Below are positions 27,480-42,228 of a stretch of 64,000 nt of DNA, in pieces. The stretch is from assembly GCA_951406725.2 (NCBI GenBank), contig OX597818.1, positions 94,612,001 to 94,676,000 on the forward strand, read 5' to 3'. Each line of letters begins with the position of its first letter. Within the stretch, counting starts at the first letter, position 1. The stretch is from Octopus vulgaris. Its lineage: Eukaryota. The translations under genes were made by a program, and so were the position numbers. The notes under the pieces were generated by a model that was not told the origin of the DNA, did not search any database, and worked only from the letters and a program-made list of their open reading frames with translations.

Positions 27480-29560
27480 ATATAGATATGTCAAGTTTTT
27501 GACAAGGTATTAAATAGTTGTGAACCTTTGAATCCTAAGTCATTGCAATACCTGGTTTGCACTCTACATGGAATGAGTAGGACCTTTGGAGCAGTGCAGG
27601 GGTTGGTATAATTCATGATGCCAAAGCTTGGTGCCTGTCTCTCTCTATGTATATCACTGCATACCTCTCCTACCTTCACTTCAACTTCAATCTCTTTCAG
27701 ATCAAGTGTTTCATTGATGCAGATCTCTTTTCGATGTAGCATTGCTGAACTGCTTTGAATTTTTCTATTAAATTGACACTGTGAATTGGCCATAGTTGAG
27801 AGTAGTAGTCCAGATGGCTGAGGACAAATGACCTCCATAAGACAGCATAGTTTCCTGGATCTATGTCCTGAAAGTTCTCAGAATTCACCTAGCCATTCAC
27901 CTGCACATTGCCAACATCATTTGATATGTATATGAAATGACACATCATTGCTCATATCAATCCCCAGGTCACACACACTGTATTTGACTCTGGAGTTACT
28001 GCCCCTTTTGGTCCAAAGTATTTTTGTTGTGGTGTGTTAGCAGAGAGCTTGGAATTTTCTGCATTAAATTGCATCTTGTTTTCTTCAGCCCATTTGTATT
28101 TAGGTCTTTGTTTAGAAAATTAGCATTATTAGGATTCTTGACTGTTTGTACTTCTTTTTCATCATTCGCTTAGATAGTAGGAGTGGCTGTCTGTATTACT
28201 GATGGTACGTCTGAGCAGGCCAAAATAACCAGTAGTGGTCCCAAGACAGTTCTGAAGTACTCCACTTGTCAATACCAATGGCTGATATTGCATCAGTTTC
28301 CTCTATTTCAATGTAATCGATAATTGCCATCATTCGTGTAGAGCTGTAGTGTCAAAGAACATGTTTGGCATATTTATTTGCAAGTGCCCCAACAGAAGTG
28401 TGAAAGCAATTTTGTATTGCATATTTAGCATTTCATTTATCCTTCAGGTGTCTCTAGTCAGTGAGCCATTTTCTTTGAACAGTGGCACTATCTTGTACTG
28501 TACTGAAGCAGACTGTTTTGCAAATTTATGGAAGGCTTTGGGGTTTGCCTTTACATTTTTTACAGTCCAGGCTTCTTTTTTCTTGCTTTCTCCTTTTCAT
28601 AGGAATGTTTGAGTTCACTTTCAATCTCATGCAGTTCTTATTTGAGATTGGGTTCCTCACTATCATTTAGTGGTCCATTTAGATGATATGAGATTTTTGT
28701 CCATTGTCTCATTAGAATTTTCCTATATCTGAGAATTGTGTTTTTCTGGCACTTAGACTTTCTCTCTGGAGTAAACTTGCCATGGTTGTCATAAAATGTT
28801 GTAGCTTTATGTCAGTATCTTGCATAGAGAGACTGGCAGACCAGTTATGTTCCAGTACCTCTTTCAGAATACCTTTTCAGTTAGCTTTATGAAAGTTCCT
28901 GCTGGAAAGGAATCAGGTGTTTGTCTGTAGTTCTTCTTGGATCATACTTTGTTAGTTCCAATCTTTGGTGTCACATTTATATTATGGGTGAGCACCACCT
29001 TATTTGTAAAGAAGAGGTCCATGACATTTTTACCCCTTGTTGGGTAGAAAACTATTTGCTCCATGAATTGCATATTTTTATGGTCAAGTAGAGACTCTGC
29101 CTGCTTGTGTTCATGCAGTAACATTCCTGAGAGGGGATGTCCCTCAGGTCACTCAACATTAGGGAAATCAAAGTCCCCTAGAAGTATGTGAAGGTTATCA
29201 TCTTCGTTGGTTACTCTCTCTCTGTCTCTCTCTTCCATCATTTTGAATGAGTCCTCATGATTTGGGGAAAATCTGGGAACAATATGTCGTACATACTACC
29301 ATTTTGTTTTGCTTAATGTGTATCACAAACTGAGTTAGAGTGACAATAAGACTATAGACATGACATCTTTTTGGATGTACATCTCAACTCCACCATGTTC
29401 TTTCCCTCTTATCACTTTGAAATACACCATATGTATTCCAGTGTCTACTATGTCAGTGGTTAGATGTATATGTGTTAGTGACATGCATATTGCTTGATTA
29501 CATGTAACTAAGTCTCTCAAGAATGCTGGTGGAGTGTTACAAGGCCTCTCATATTCTATA
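27480..29560 (-). mobile_element. Decayed CR1/L2-group LINE ORF2 (APE endonuclease plus RT), internally deleted
   Basis: Minus-strand motifs: LLGDFDFPNV (~29155-29185), PTRGKNVMDLFFTN (~29000-29045), SGV.Q/VLGPLL (~28225-28265), SFVLSHLDYYSQLW (~27790-27835), YCNDLGFKGSQLFN (~27510-27555). Confidence 0.85.
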
Positions 29561-29969
29561 ATAACACTGGTGTGGTGTATGGGGTGTCTGAAGTGGTCAC
29601 TAGTTTGACATTTGTGGTAGCATCAAGGATGGCCACTCTGCATCATTTGCTGGTAACAGTGGTCTTGCTTGCTTATATACATTACCTTGATTCAGTGTTT
29701 GTTGCAGCCAGGTCAGCTGCCTTACAATCCTTTGCACCATATCCAAAAAAAAAACACTTCTGCTCAGCTGCAGCTGTGTACTCTGAAACTAGGTACTGCT
29801 TTGTCTTCAAAATAGTATGTGCAGTATTCACATATTTTGAAGGTTAAGACAGTGTGCATTGTGACCTGAGCTTCGGATGTGTGAAGTGGTAGCCTGTCCC
29901 CACCACTCCACTTAATTTGTTTCTTTCCTTGGTTATTCTTTCTGGGAGCTGTTCATGGTGCAGTGAATA

Positions 29970-30738
29970 AATTCTTGTCTAAATTATCAAAAATGAAAAT
30001 AACACTGACATCTCATTTTAACAGATATGTTTACCATAATTACATAAAAATATCTTGAAATACTAAAGAGTAAATTTATTCAGTAAAATCACCATTGGCT
30101 TCAATTACGGCCTCCAGACAACTTCGGAATCTCCTGCAGCTCTTCTGGATGGTCTCCTTGTTTAAGTTGATGAATGCTGCCATAATCCTTATCTTCAGTT
30201 CATCTTTGGTATTACAAGGAATTTTACTGGTCTCTCACTCAACTGCACCCCACAAATAATAATCAAAGGGGTTGCAGTCTGGGGAGTTAGGTGGCCAGAT
30301 ATTAGGGGTGATGTGTTTGCAAAAATTGCTTGTCAGCTATGACCAAGCTCTCCTGCTTGTGTGGCATGGTGCAGAATCCTGTTGCCAGACATCCTCTTTC
30401 AGTAGCCACCCTCTTGACCCAGGGCAGCACTACCTCCTTCAGGCACTGGATGTTTGATTTTTATCACTTTTAATACATGTTCACAGATTGTACTGTCCTC
30501 AGATTGACACTCTAACACTCTGAAATGCTCGTATTGGAACTTCTGATGTGAATGCAAAGCAGTACATGTCGTTTCCAAATTTCTGGCAGAGTGAATTGTG
30601 TCATAGTGCTGTTTTTCTCACAGACGATGCCTAACTGACCCTACTATACTGTGTAATTAACAAAATCAAAAACAAACAACATGCATGCATGAAATTAAGA
30701 ATATTAAATGGTGACAATTTACTCATCACACCTTGTAT
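29970..30738 (-). mobile_element. Tc1/mariner DD37D (maT)-type transposon relic
   Basis: Minus strand reads WQQDSAPCHTS...IWPPNSPDCNPFDYYLWG...LEAVIEANGDFTE*, with 37 codons between the last two catalytic Asp and in-frame stops. TIR-like TACAAGGTGTG end at ~30738. Confidence 0.85.
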
Positions 30739-30794
30739 ATACACACACATACATATACATGTATATTTGTGTATGTGTCTGTTTGGCTAAATGA

Positions 30795-30924
<130 letters not shown>

Positions 30925-31320
30925 AACTTGGTAGATGCATTTGAAACGGCCTGAATAAAATTGCAGTTTGTGTATCTTAGTGAATGGATGCACAATGTAA
31001 TGCTGTTTCAGTTGCATTTACCAAACTTTTGTACACCCTGGCAAGCATCTGCAATATTCACTGTTCCAAAACATGAATTTCATCTAAGCAGGTGACTATC
31101 GTGAGCATGTTACTGACAAGCCCCATTGAAGGTGAAATGTATTTCACATTCTTGTGAGTCACTGCTGCAATGATGCTCATTTCACTCCAATATAGTGATT
31201 TAAACACAACATCGCTATGTAGAAATTTTATTTCAGTTAAATCCACTGCATCATGCCTTCTAATTGTATCTTTGCATATACACAGATGGCAATATATATG
31301 GATGTGTGTGTGTGGAAAGA

Positions 31321-31373
<53 letters not shown>

Positions 31374-32016
31374 AATACATAAGAGAAGTTAAGTGAGCCA
31401 ACTAATGTTTATTCCATTAGTTGACAGTTGTTCCATAATTTGCTTTAGCTACATAAACAATGCTACATCATCTATCACAAATATATAAATGAATATGTAC
31501 ATGAATATATATATATATTTGCACCCATAAATATAAATGTGGTATAAATAATGGACTATGCTTCAGAACATTTCAGCTGAGTATTAGGGTCAATGTAATT
31601 GACTAGCCCTTTCTTCAAAATTTCAGGCATTGTGCCTATAGTAGAAAGAATTATATAGTCACAGACAATAAATATTTTTGACAGAATTACCGTATATGGA
31701 GTGCATTAATGAAATAACAGCAGATACAAATTCAGATAACGAATGCAATAAAATAAAGTAAAACCCATAAAATTTTTTAAAATAAAGATATAATAAGAAA
31801 GAATAAGTCTATCATAACGATTTGCTTTCCAAAGATTTAGCTGACTGTCCCATAGTATTTAAATAAATAAACCATGCAATGAAAATATAGAGAACAAGAT
31901 AAAGAAATGAATAAATAACAAATATATTAGTAGAATGAAATGTATGGAAATGAAGAAAAATAAAGAAAAAATATATAGTGCTTTAGGAGGCCTGGTTTGT
32001 TAAACACAATGTATAT

Positions 32017-32424
32017 CATGCATGGGCAACCTGCGGCCCGCCATGAGTTTCTTGGTTACTAATTTTTACAAGCTCAAAATATGTTAAAGAATGTGAATGT
32101 GCAAAAATCTCATTGATACAGATAACGAAATTTGTTCTTTAATAAAATATCAATGAATTTTCTTTTTTTTCTTTGGCCTCAATATTTTAAACAATATTTT
32201 ATTTACACTAGTAATCATCATTATTACCATTAGGAAGTAATGAAAGAGATACCAACTTAATGTAAACTTTCATACTATGACAAATAAAATTAAGAAGAAC
32301 TGCAAAAAATTCAGTGTAAATTGGGCAAGTAATATTTCATGCATATGTGTTTTATCACGTGGCCCTCTCCCGCTTGAAAATGGTACAATGCAGCCCCCAG
32401 TTGACGAAAAGTTGCCCATCCCTG
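32017..32424. mobile_element. hAT (Charlie-like) MITE, ~408 bp
   Basis: TIRs CATGCATGGGCAAC and GTTGCCCATCCCTG (12/14 match); 8-bp TSD ATGTATAT / AGGTATAT; subterminal GCGGCCC motif. Confidence 0.85.
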
Positions 32425-34005
32425 AGGTATATGTTTTAGTAGATGTAGTTATGTGCATAGCAAAGCAACTTAAACTGTTGGAATTTCATGCATGACTAAT
32501 TCAGAAGAACAGAAATGTCATTTCATGACAATTAATAACAGCACCAACCCTTCCCACTGCCAATGCCTATCTGGAAACATAAGAATTAGCAGTAGGAAGG
32601 GCATTTGGGTATAGACAATCTGTTGTAACAAACTGCATTCAGTTCATACAAGCATGGAAAGGTGTATTTTAAATGATGATGGTGATATGTGTGTGTGTTT
32701 AAAATATATTTATGCATAACTATAGAGAAAAACCACACATTAGGGTTATGCATATTAGACTACTATTTCTACAGATTGTTATAATATAAAAATGTGCCAA
32801 TAGCTGATGCACTTTTCCTTTCAAAAACTTGTTGATGTACCCACCACAGCTATTTTTAAATGTCTATTCATGTTACACAACACTGGAAGACATTTATTTA
32901 TGATTAGTTGTGGACACTCCAATCCTTAAGGCTTGATTATCACAGGATACTATCAATATAGCAAGTTTTGTCCCCATTATATTCTCTGGAAATTTTGAAC
33001 CTTTCATACTTAAGTCATTTAATCTTTTTTATTTAATGTTTGAATTTCCTCAGATCTACTTGTTCATCCATGACTGTTTGTCATTGTCTTATCTACCTAT
33101 CAGTAGCTGTGAAATTTTTGATGCTCACATTCTTGGCTGCTTAGAATTTCTGTACCAGTGACATTGTTACTACAATATTATTGATGGTAGACCACTTTGT
33201 GACTTTTGCAAGATGTGTATCTTTTACATCAATTAGACAATTTTTTTATCTCCAATAGATGATGATTTAGAATTGACATATACATTATTTCAAATAAAAT
33301 TTAGTGGGTTTGTAATTAGCCTTGCAGATTCCAAAAACTGTTTACTTCTTAACATCATATCTTTACAAGCACTCACTCCTGAAGAACTTGCTTGTAAATT
33401 CCAGTTTCTGGTTTACATGTAGCGCCACATGGCTCCTTGTTAGATTATTTTTGTCATGTGATTATTATTGTTAATCACACCATGCTTCAAAATACTAGAT
33501 TGCTTACGGAAATTATCAACAAAAATTGTAGAATAACACAAGTTATAGTGGTTATTGTCAGTTTTATCTGTCTGAACTGCTAGTCTAGCTTAAATAATGC
33601 TAAAAAGTAAAGATAGAAACTTTAGGCTATTTTCACCAGTTTCTATGTTTATATTTGAGTCTGTATTATTAAATTTGAAAATACATTACACAGCCAGATT
33701 ATGTCATGAAATTGTGAGATAAGAATTATTATAGAATAAATGAGTTTCAGTTATTTTTAAAAAAAAATTTATGTACAATGTCTTTATTGCAAGAGTGTGG
33801 GGAAAGTGTTTAAGAAAGAGGAAATAACTATCACGTGTCATGGCAGAGAAAAAGATGGGTAAAGGATCATATAATCAAGGTGCAGAAATAGCATACTCTG
33901 AATAAATAAGGTGATATATAATTTGATGGTAGAAAGAAATCCACGTATTAGGTACTCCAAAGCCAGTCGGAAGGATGGGTTTCCATGTAAGCATGTGGAA
34001 AATAG

Positions 34006-34395
34006 TTAATTAAAAAAGCGGAGGAAAAAAGACAAGAAGAAGAAAACAACAACACAAGGACGTAGTGCATGCAAAGTATTAATGAGACTTCAGAGAAGGA
34101 AAGAAAATGTTGTTTGACATTTCTAGCATAACTCTTCTTCGGAAACAGGAGACATAGAAAGTTCAAAAGAAAAGAAAGAAGAATGTGGACTGTTGGCAAT
34201 TTTTTTTCTCCATTTTCCTTTTCTTTTGGATTTTCTTATGTCTCCTGTTTCCAAAGAAGAGCTATGCTTAAAACATAAAACAACCACTCTTTCTTTCCTT
34301 CTCTGAGTGTCTCATTAATATTTTGCATGTACTACATCCTACATTATTGCATTGTTGCTTTTTACTTGTCTTGTTTTCTCCTTTTTTTTAATTAA
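34006..34395. repeat. Long imperfect inverted repeat (fold-back), arms ~180 bp, loop ~25 nt
   Basis: Examples: GGAAACAGGAGACATA against TATGTCTCCTGTTTCC; TATTAATGAGAC..CAGAGAAGGAAAGAAA against TTTCTTTCCTTCTCTG..GTCTCATTAATA. Confidence 0.88.
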
Positions 34396-34397
34396 TC

Positions 34398-34476
<79 letters not shown>

Positions 34477-36173
34477 AGAAAAGTGTCAAGCTATATCTAT
34501 CGCTTAAGTTTGTTTCAGATGAGTCATGTTTTAAGTTTAGCTCCTATTGTTAGGCACAATTGGCTGGTGTCCTATACTACAACCACATGTTAACCAAAAC
34601 ACCATGAATAAAGTTTGGTAGATGGAAATTACAAGAACCCTGTTTTGTCTTGTTTTGATGTGGGCACACTCAGAACAATATGTCGCTATTCTTGCAAACA
34701 GTGTTTGTGTCCATTATTTGAATGACAGTGGGAAACATTACCATGCTTGGGAACAGGTGAGGGGTTGGGGCAGGAAGAGCCATCCAGAGTTTAAAATTTC
34801 TACCTAAATGAAGTCTCATCTGTCCAATACAAACATGTAAATGTAAATGTTAAAATAGATGTATATTTTCATCCCTAAAAAGAGTTGAACTTATGGCTTA
34901 TTTCATTAATCCTATTACTGAAATACATGATAACAACACACACGTGTGTGTGTGTCTTGTTGTGTCTAAGGAGAGTCACATGAATTCACATAAAGAATCT
35001 AGCAAACCAAATACAAAAACAATACACACACACAAACACGTACACATACACAAGCAACACTGTATATTATAGAGAATATAGATCAGCGTGTATATTTGTC
35101 TCCAAAAGGAGTTGAACTCTTGGACCTCTGTGTTAGTTTTATCACTAAGCTATAGGATGAGTAAAAAGTTACATAAAATTTAATATATAATGAATAATTC
35201 AGCTGGGCAGAAAATAAATCTGTTCATATAGACATGCATCATAACTTCTTTTAGAAGATATATGAATGACAGTCATGTTAATTCTGTCTTGTATTTATTA
35301 TTTCAGACACATTGTTTGGATTATTTGTTACATAATTCAACCTGAATTATTCATCTGAGACTTTAGAAATATATATCAGTGAAACCGGATTTTGTTTAAT
35401 AAATCAGATTGCTGATTGTTATATTATTTCAGAAACTAAATGAAATTTCAGAGAAAAGGAAAGCAACCTACAAAAAGAAAACTAAAAGTATAAAATTTAC
35501 TAAATATCTATACTTAGGGAAAAATGAATGCATAACACAGTACAAATATTTAAAATATAGTATTCATTTCCATAAATAATGCATTTTTGATCATCTGTTC
35601 ATGATTGCTAAACTTATTAATCCAAATTTTCATTCACAAAAATATAGATATATTATGTATGTATGTGTTTTTAGCTCTTGTGCTGTATTTCTATTTCTCT
35701 GTGTTCATTTGGCTGTGGACTTAATCACTATGAGATATGAGTGTTCATTTTAAAGTGACTTGTGAATATTTTTATGTATGTATGTCTTTGTGTAAATACC
35801 TTTATTCTTGTGTATGTTGTTATTGCTGAACAGATGCATCCCATAAATTTCTCTCTTTTCACCATCATCCATGTTTATATTTTACTATCTTTCTCATTCC
35901 CATCAGTTGTCTCTCCATTTCACTATTGTCTTTTTATTGTTTCCTCTCATTTATCTCTTATTCCTCTGAATCTCATACTCATTCTTTCACAACTCTACCT
36001 TTCACTCTTCCATTCTCCTGAACACTACCCCACTTTCTTCTCTTTCCCTCCTTTTCCTACTACACTTTAGTGAAGCAGAAATAAAATACATAAATTCACT
36101 CCAAAATTTATTATAGTAGATATTAATTTAAATAAACACATATACATGTTTGCACACACTCTCTCTCTCTCTC

Positions 36174-36229
<56 letters not shown>

Positions 36230-36929
36230 CATTCATCTCCAGCTTCTCTTCCTGAGAGGATCTTGAGAATATAGTACTCAAGCACCTCATCTATAAGGTC
36301 CTATAAGAAGCAACCCGCATTGTACTTTCCAGATGGCTTCCTAAGCCTGGCCAACTGAAACTACGAATGTTATGAGGAGAGTGTATTTATTGTAATAAGT
36401 GTAAATAACACTAATTTGTTGGTGATATGGGTCTTACAATATGTTGAATGGAGGGAATGAAGGCATATTTTGCTTTTTCCTTTGAGAGCTACACAGCTGC
36501 CAAGTTTCAGAGACTGCTGGAGCACAAATTCTACTCTAAAACAATAAACCAATGCCCAGGAATTGATCTCATAAATATATGTGAAAGCAACTACTTGTAA
36601 TCAACTTACCTGTATTCACTCTACATGGGCTGGTGACAGTAACATGTCAACAGTTAAAAATCACCAGCTATAGGTAAAAACCACATTCACAATATACAAT
36701 AGTGATCATTACATCCTATCACCAATGTGCATCCAAATTCATTCTGTTGATATATGTTTGCAGTTTCTAACAGGATTAGGAGTTTTACATAGAGAAATCA
36801 CAACAGGAATTTTAGAATTTAATTCGATACAAAGCAAATTCCTGATTTAATGAAATTATCTTCATTTCCAGAGAAGTTAAAATAATTACTTCATAACTGG
36901 AACCATCTCAGAGACAAGAGGACAGCAAT

Positions 36930-37320
36930 CCTGAGAAGATTCACAAAGAAGATTATTTCTTTGCAACAGCTCAGCTACTGGGAAAGGTTGAAACAGCCAA
37001 GACTCTACTCTCTGGAGAGAAGACAGCAGAGGTATACAGTAGTATATATCTGGAAGATTCTGGAACAAATTGTGCCAAACTTTGGCATTGAAAGCTACAC
37101 CAATGCCAGAATGGGACAACACTGTATAGTGCCAAAGATCCCAGCAACACCATCGCGCTTCAGGACTATTTACTGCAACAGCCTGGGTTTCAGGGGCCCA
37201 CAGCTTTTTAATGTTCTTCCAAAGAGCCTGAGGAACCTGCACAAAGTAGATGTAGGGGTTTATAAATCAAAGCTGGATCTGTTGAGAGTCCCAGATGAAC
37301 CTACCTCACGGCAAGAGGTG
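36930..37320 (+). mobile_element. 3' fragment of a CR1/L2-group LINE ORF2, frame still open
   Basis: ORF 36961-37332 LSYWERLK..RLYSLERR..RY..IWKIL...YCNSLGFRGPQLFNVLP is a typical post-RT region and is homologous to 27490-27560 (-). Confidence 0.88.
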
Positions 37321-37354
37321 AGTCCCAGATGAGCCTACCTCACAGCAAGAGTCT

Positions 37355-38663
37355 TTCTCTGAATTTACTCATGCCCTGTTCAAGTACACTGATGCTAGAC
37401 ACTTCTTTTTACTCTCTGATTGACTATGCATGTGACTAGCATTGTCCTATTTCACCAGATATTTTCAGCATCTCAGAGACTAGTCTTAATTGCCTTTGTA
37501 TTTTTTAACTCTATAGGTCCATTCTTTTAATTCCTTTGGATCCAAATATTGCCTCTCTCCTTATACATTCCTTTTGTCATGTTCCCATATTCTTCTCATT
37601 CTTTCTAGCCTTTATATGCTTTCCTCATTCAGTGCACATGAATTGCTACCATGAAAATATCCCAATTTATACAATTAAGCTTAATTCTTAGGGGCAGCAG
37701 CTCATGAAATATTTTCCTCACCATTTGTTTTTCCTGTTTCGTATGCTTGTAAAATACCCTCTTCCACCTCTAATTTAGTCACATTTCTAAGAGATGTATT
37801 CTTCTACTTTTATGGAATTTTCCATGCATTTGAAAGAATGTATCTCATGGGTCTTCCAACTCCTGACTACTTCTGTACATTTGTTACATGCGAAGTCATT
37901 GTTCACCGTCAACCTAACTCTAATTCCACAATACTTCTTGTATAGCCATAATTTACATTGGCTAGACTATATCAAATTCCTACCTGCATTTTTTCTCTAT
38001 AATAGGTATGGCCACTTCCATGATGCCATTAGTGGGTTGTCTTCTTTCCTGCTGACATGATCCTTAATCTTTGTTAAGTTTATATTAAGACTTCTTGGCA
38101 CTAAGTTTTGCTTTCTAGAATTTCTTCTCTAATTCTTCAACAGATTCAGTTCAAGAATTGAGCCCTAATGGACATCTATATGCATGTTAAATTCCTCACT
38201 GAACTCATTGCTAACCTTCACTTTGCTGGTGTCTTCATAGATAGCTTGCATGGATTCTTAAAACTATTCATCTATACCTAGTTTACTTAGTGACCACTAG
38301 ACTACAGTACATGGGACCCTGTCAGAGGTCTTCTCCAGAACAAACTGCATCTCATCTATCTTTTACTTCTTTTAGTCATTGGACTGTGGCTGTGATTTGT
38401 ATCCCAGTCCATCAATTTAATACCTCTGTATTCACTTCTTTCTAGAGCATACCCTTTGTAGTTGATGATAGCACTTTGTGTGATGCCATTGGAAATGACA
38501 TCTTTTACTCTCTGATTGACTAATTGGCTGTGTGTGTGAATAGCATGTATCCTATTTTACTGGGTTTTGTCAATAGTTCATCTACATTGCTTGCCCTCAT
38601 ATCTTTAACTGTGCTGTCAACTTTAGCAGCTGGTCTCTTTACCAGATCTAAATGGGCTGGACT

Positions 38664-38722
<59 letters not shown>

Positions 38723-38800
38723 ATGCATTCCCTACATTCAATAACCTCTCATTAACATTCACCTCCTCTTCCTTGGATCAATAATGGCACGTGTACCGCA
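37355..38800 (-). mobile_element. Decayed RTE-clade LINE RT fragments interrupted by (CT)n
   Basis: Minus strand IDEMQF, LEKTSDRVP..V*WSLSKLGIDE (~38270-38365; cf. DLEKAFDRVP..LWW.LRKLGV.E) and DVH*GSIL (~38155-38180). Confidence 0.75.
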
Positions 38801-39979
38801 TTTATTTCATATATACTTTTCCCCAAGGATGTCATAATTTGTGATGATACTCTGCCTTGTACTCCAGAACTCCTCACACCTATTTTTCTCATTACCGAAC
38901 AGTGGTTTCACTCTGTGCTATGTATACATGATGTTTGCGCGCGCACACACACATATATATCCATGAACTTTGACCTAGTATTGAAAATAAAATAAGCACA
39001 CACACACACACTTATGTGTTTGTACTAGTGTATTTGCATATATTCTTACACATACATACTCTCTTTTTCTCTCACACACACTCTCTCTCATGTAAACATT
39101 AGCCTTTCACTTATATCATTCTATGCATACACACATGAATGCACATATATACTGACAATTCTCTACAAAATACACATTCTCAGTCATATATCCATCTCCA
39201 CACAATACAAATTTATAGAAATATAAATAAATAGTAAAGTAGTAAAACAAAGATAGGTTATTTACCACAAATACTTAATTAGAAAAGAATAAATGAACAG
39301 GGGCCAAAAAAGTGAAAAACAATGAAAGAAGTTATTAGAAATCTCTAGTATTTAATAGTTAGGAATTAAATAAAAGGCTTAAAGATTACTGAGAAAGATC
39401 AGATGCGAATACTGTGAGAGAAATGGTTAAAAAATTATTCAAATCAAAATATAAAATTATCAATTTTAGTCAATGTATCATTAGTGAACCAACTTGCATG
39501 CAAAAACACACACACCCTTATTAGATAGACCTTCCTCTGTTTGTGTGTCTCTGTACCTCTCTCTCTTCTTTCTCTCCATCTCTCCTCCCCCTCTCCATTT
39601 CTCTTTCCCATGCATTCCCCACATTCAGTAACTAAACATTTCTCTCATCCATGTAAGAGGAAGCATGTTTAGCTAAATTTAATTAAATATGTAAAGGAAT
39701 GACATCCTCCTTAGTTTTCACATATAAATCAAAAAAGGATTGGAGAATTTTCTATTAGGTTCCCTAAATAAACAATATGTAAATAAAGTGTCACTTAAAC
39801 TAATTAGATATAATCCCGACTATAAAGATTAGTAGTCCTAAGAGTGGTGATGATGTATTTATGATCAACATTCTTACTTAAACAATTACATTTAAGTATT
39901 TTATATGAATGTATGTACTATATATAAACTGAAAGTATGGGTGTGTTAGGCACTGGAATGGCTATGATAGACACAATTA

Positions 39980-40345
39980 TGGCTGTATGGTTGAGAAGCT
40001 TGCTCTTCAATCATATGATCTCAAGTTGAGTCTCACTGTGTAACACCTTGGGCAAGTGCCTTCTTCTATAGCCCTGGGCTTCCCAAAGCCTTGTGAGTGG
40101 AGTCCGTAACCAGAAAGCAGATGAAGTCTGCTATCTGTATGTATGTGTGTGTGTGTACCCTTGTCTTGACATTATGTGATGGTTGTAAATGAGCATCATT
40201 TTCATATAAGCGATGTAATTGTTTCCAGGCCTCAGTGAAAATCATGTTTGGTCATAGGAAAACAGGTGGGAGGCTTGTGACAGAACAGGGTATCCAGCCA
40301 TAGAAAAACTGCTTCAACAAAATCCATCTGACCCATGCAAACATA
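39980..40345 (+). mobile_element. SINE family B with GGGTATCCAGCCATAGAAA 3' tail
   Basis: CACCTTGGGCAAGTGCCTTCT..CTATAGCC core; tail shared with 34700-34830 and 57620-57745. Confidence 0.8.
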
Positions 40346-40656
40346 GTAAAAATATGTAAAAATTAACACATGTATATGTGTTTGTGTGCTTCATATCTGT
40401 AATTTCATGATGTTACAATCATGTTAAACTGTAACTAATAAGAAGGACGGTGTCATCCTAAAATAAGATCTCTTGACTAATTTCTGTTTCATACTATATT
40501 GAATGACCAATGAAAGACCATGCACTGTCCTAGTTACTTGAAACAGATCAAACAGGTCAGTGACAATAGATAAAAAGACTATGGAAATGTTCTTTACATA
40601 AGTGAGTAATTTCCTCACCAGATTTGTATATATTGATACACATACACGCACGCACG

Positions 40657-40697
<41 letters not shown>

Positions 40698-40726
40698 TTA
40701 TGTGTATACACATACCTCTATCTATC

Positions 40727-40769
<43 letters not shown>

Positions 40770-42228
40770 CTCACACACACATCATTGTCATCAGTTTATA
40801 TCCAGTTTCCATGCTGACATATGTTGGACAATTCATTACAGTTTGAGTCCTTGTATGTGCTCTTTTAGACATGGCTGGACTGGGGACCACACCTCTATCA
40901 TCTATTGTTATTGGCATATTGTCTACAACTTTATGCCATTCCTCACACCAGCCACATTACACAGTGTACTGGATGCATTTTTTTCATGTCACTAGTACTA
41001 GCAAGGGTGTTGTGTCCTCATTGAGACTAAATGTTCTCCTGAACCCTACAATGTTTCATCCACCAACCTTGTTATGGTGTACAGGATGTATTTATTGTGG
41101 CATCAGTACTGGAGAGATTGTTATGTCCTGGCCAAGACAAGAGTCCTTCCAACCTATTATGTTTCCATTTGTTCACCCACCACTTCATAAAAGGATGCAA
41201 CTTATCCTTATACCATAATTAATGAGGGTTGCCTTGTGTCTGGTTCCTCTCTGCTCTGTGTGATCTCCATTTCAAGGGAAAATGAGTTGAAAAGAACAAT
41301 TGCAGAGAATGGACTAGTGTGAAGTGGAGAGAAGAGGCTGATATTGGTGGAAAAATGAATTGGTAAAACATGATAGATTGTGCTAGAAGAGTAATGAATG
41401 GTAATATGAATGTATACATGGAGAGATAGGCAGCAGTAGCCTAGAAAAATACGGTTGCTGTATGATTAAGAGAGCTTGATGTTTATCACTTAGAAGCAGC
41501 CTGATGGTGAAGGAGTACTAACTAGTCAGCAGTATGGAAGGGGAAGGTAATTTGAGCTAACAAAGAGAGTACAGGTATTGAGGTGACATGGAAAGAGAAT
41601 TAGTGAAGACTGTCAGTGGAAAAGTGACATAGAAGAGAGATGGGCAATGACAATGGTGTGTGCGTTTCAGGAGAGTAAATGAGGTGGAGGTTCATTACAC
41701 ACACGTTCGCTTGCACACACACACACATGTATATATGTATATAAGCATGTATATGTACCCATGCATATCATGTATGTGCATATACATGTATGTATATATG
41801 TATATAGACTGAATTGGCAATCATAAGAATGTTGCATAAAATAGCTTGATATTCATTCCAACTCCCTGTGTTTGAAGTTCAGATCCCTTCCAGGTCAACT
41901 TTATCAATCCTGAAAGGATGAAAGGCAAATAAAATACTAGTCCACTGGGTAGGTGGTGGTGGGGCTGATTAATCTTCTCTTTCTCTCTTTTATCTTTTTT
42001 TTTTCCATCTGAAAGAAATTGGCTATGATCAGACATGGGAGAAGAATGGACTCTGGTAGGTTTAAAAAAGCCCAAGACATACTGTTTTTCTTTACAGTGC
42101 CCCTACGGCTCCATCAGAAGCCAACAACTCAAAAGAATGAAAAAAGTGTGTGTGTGTGTGTGTGTATGTGTAAGAGCATACATTCAGATACACCTAAATG
42201 CATGTATATGGCCTGTTTCTCAATACAC

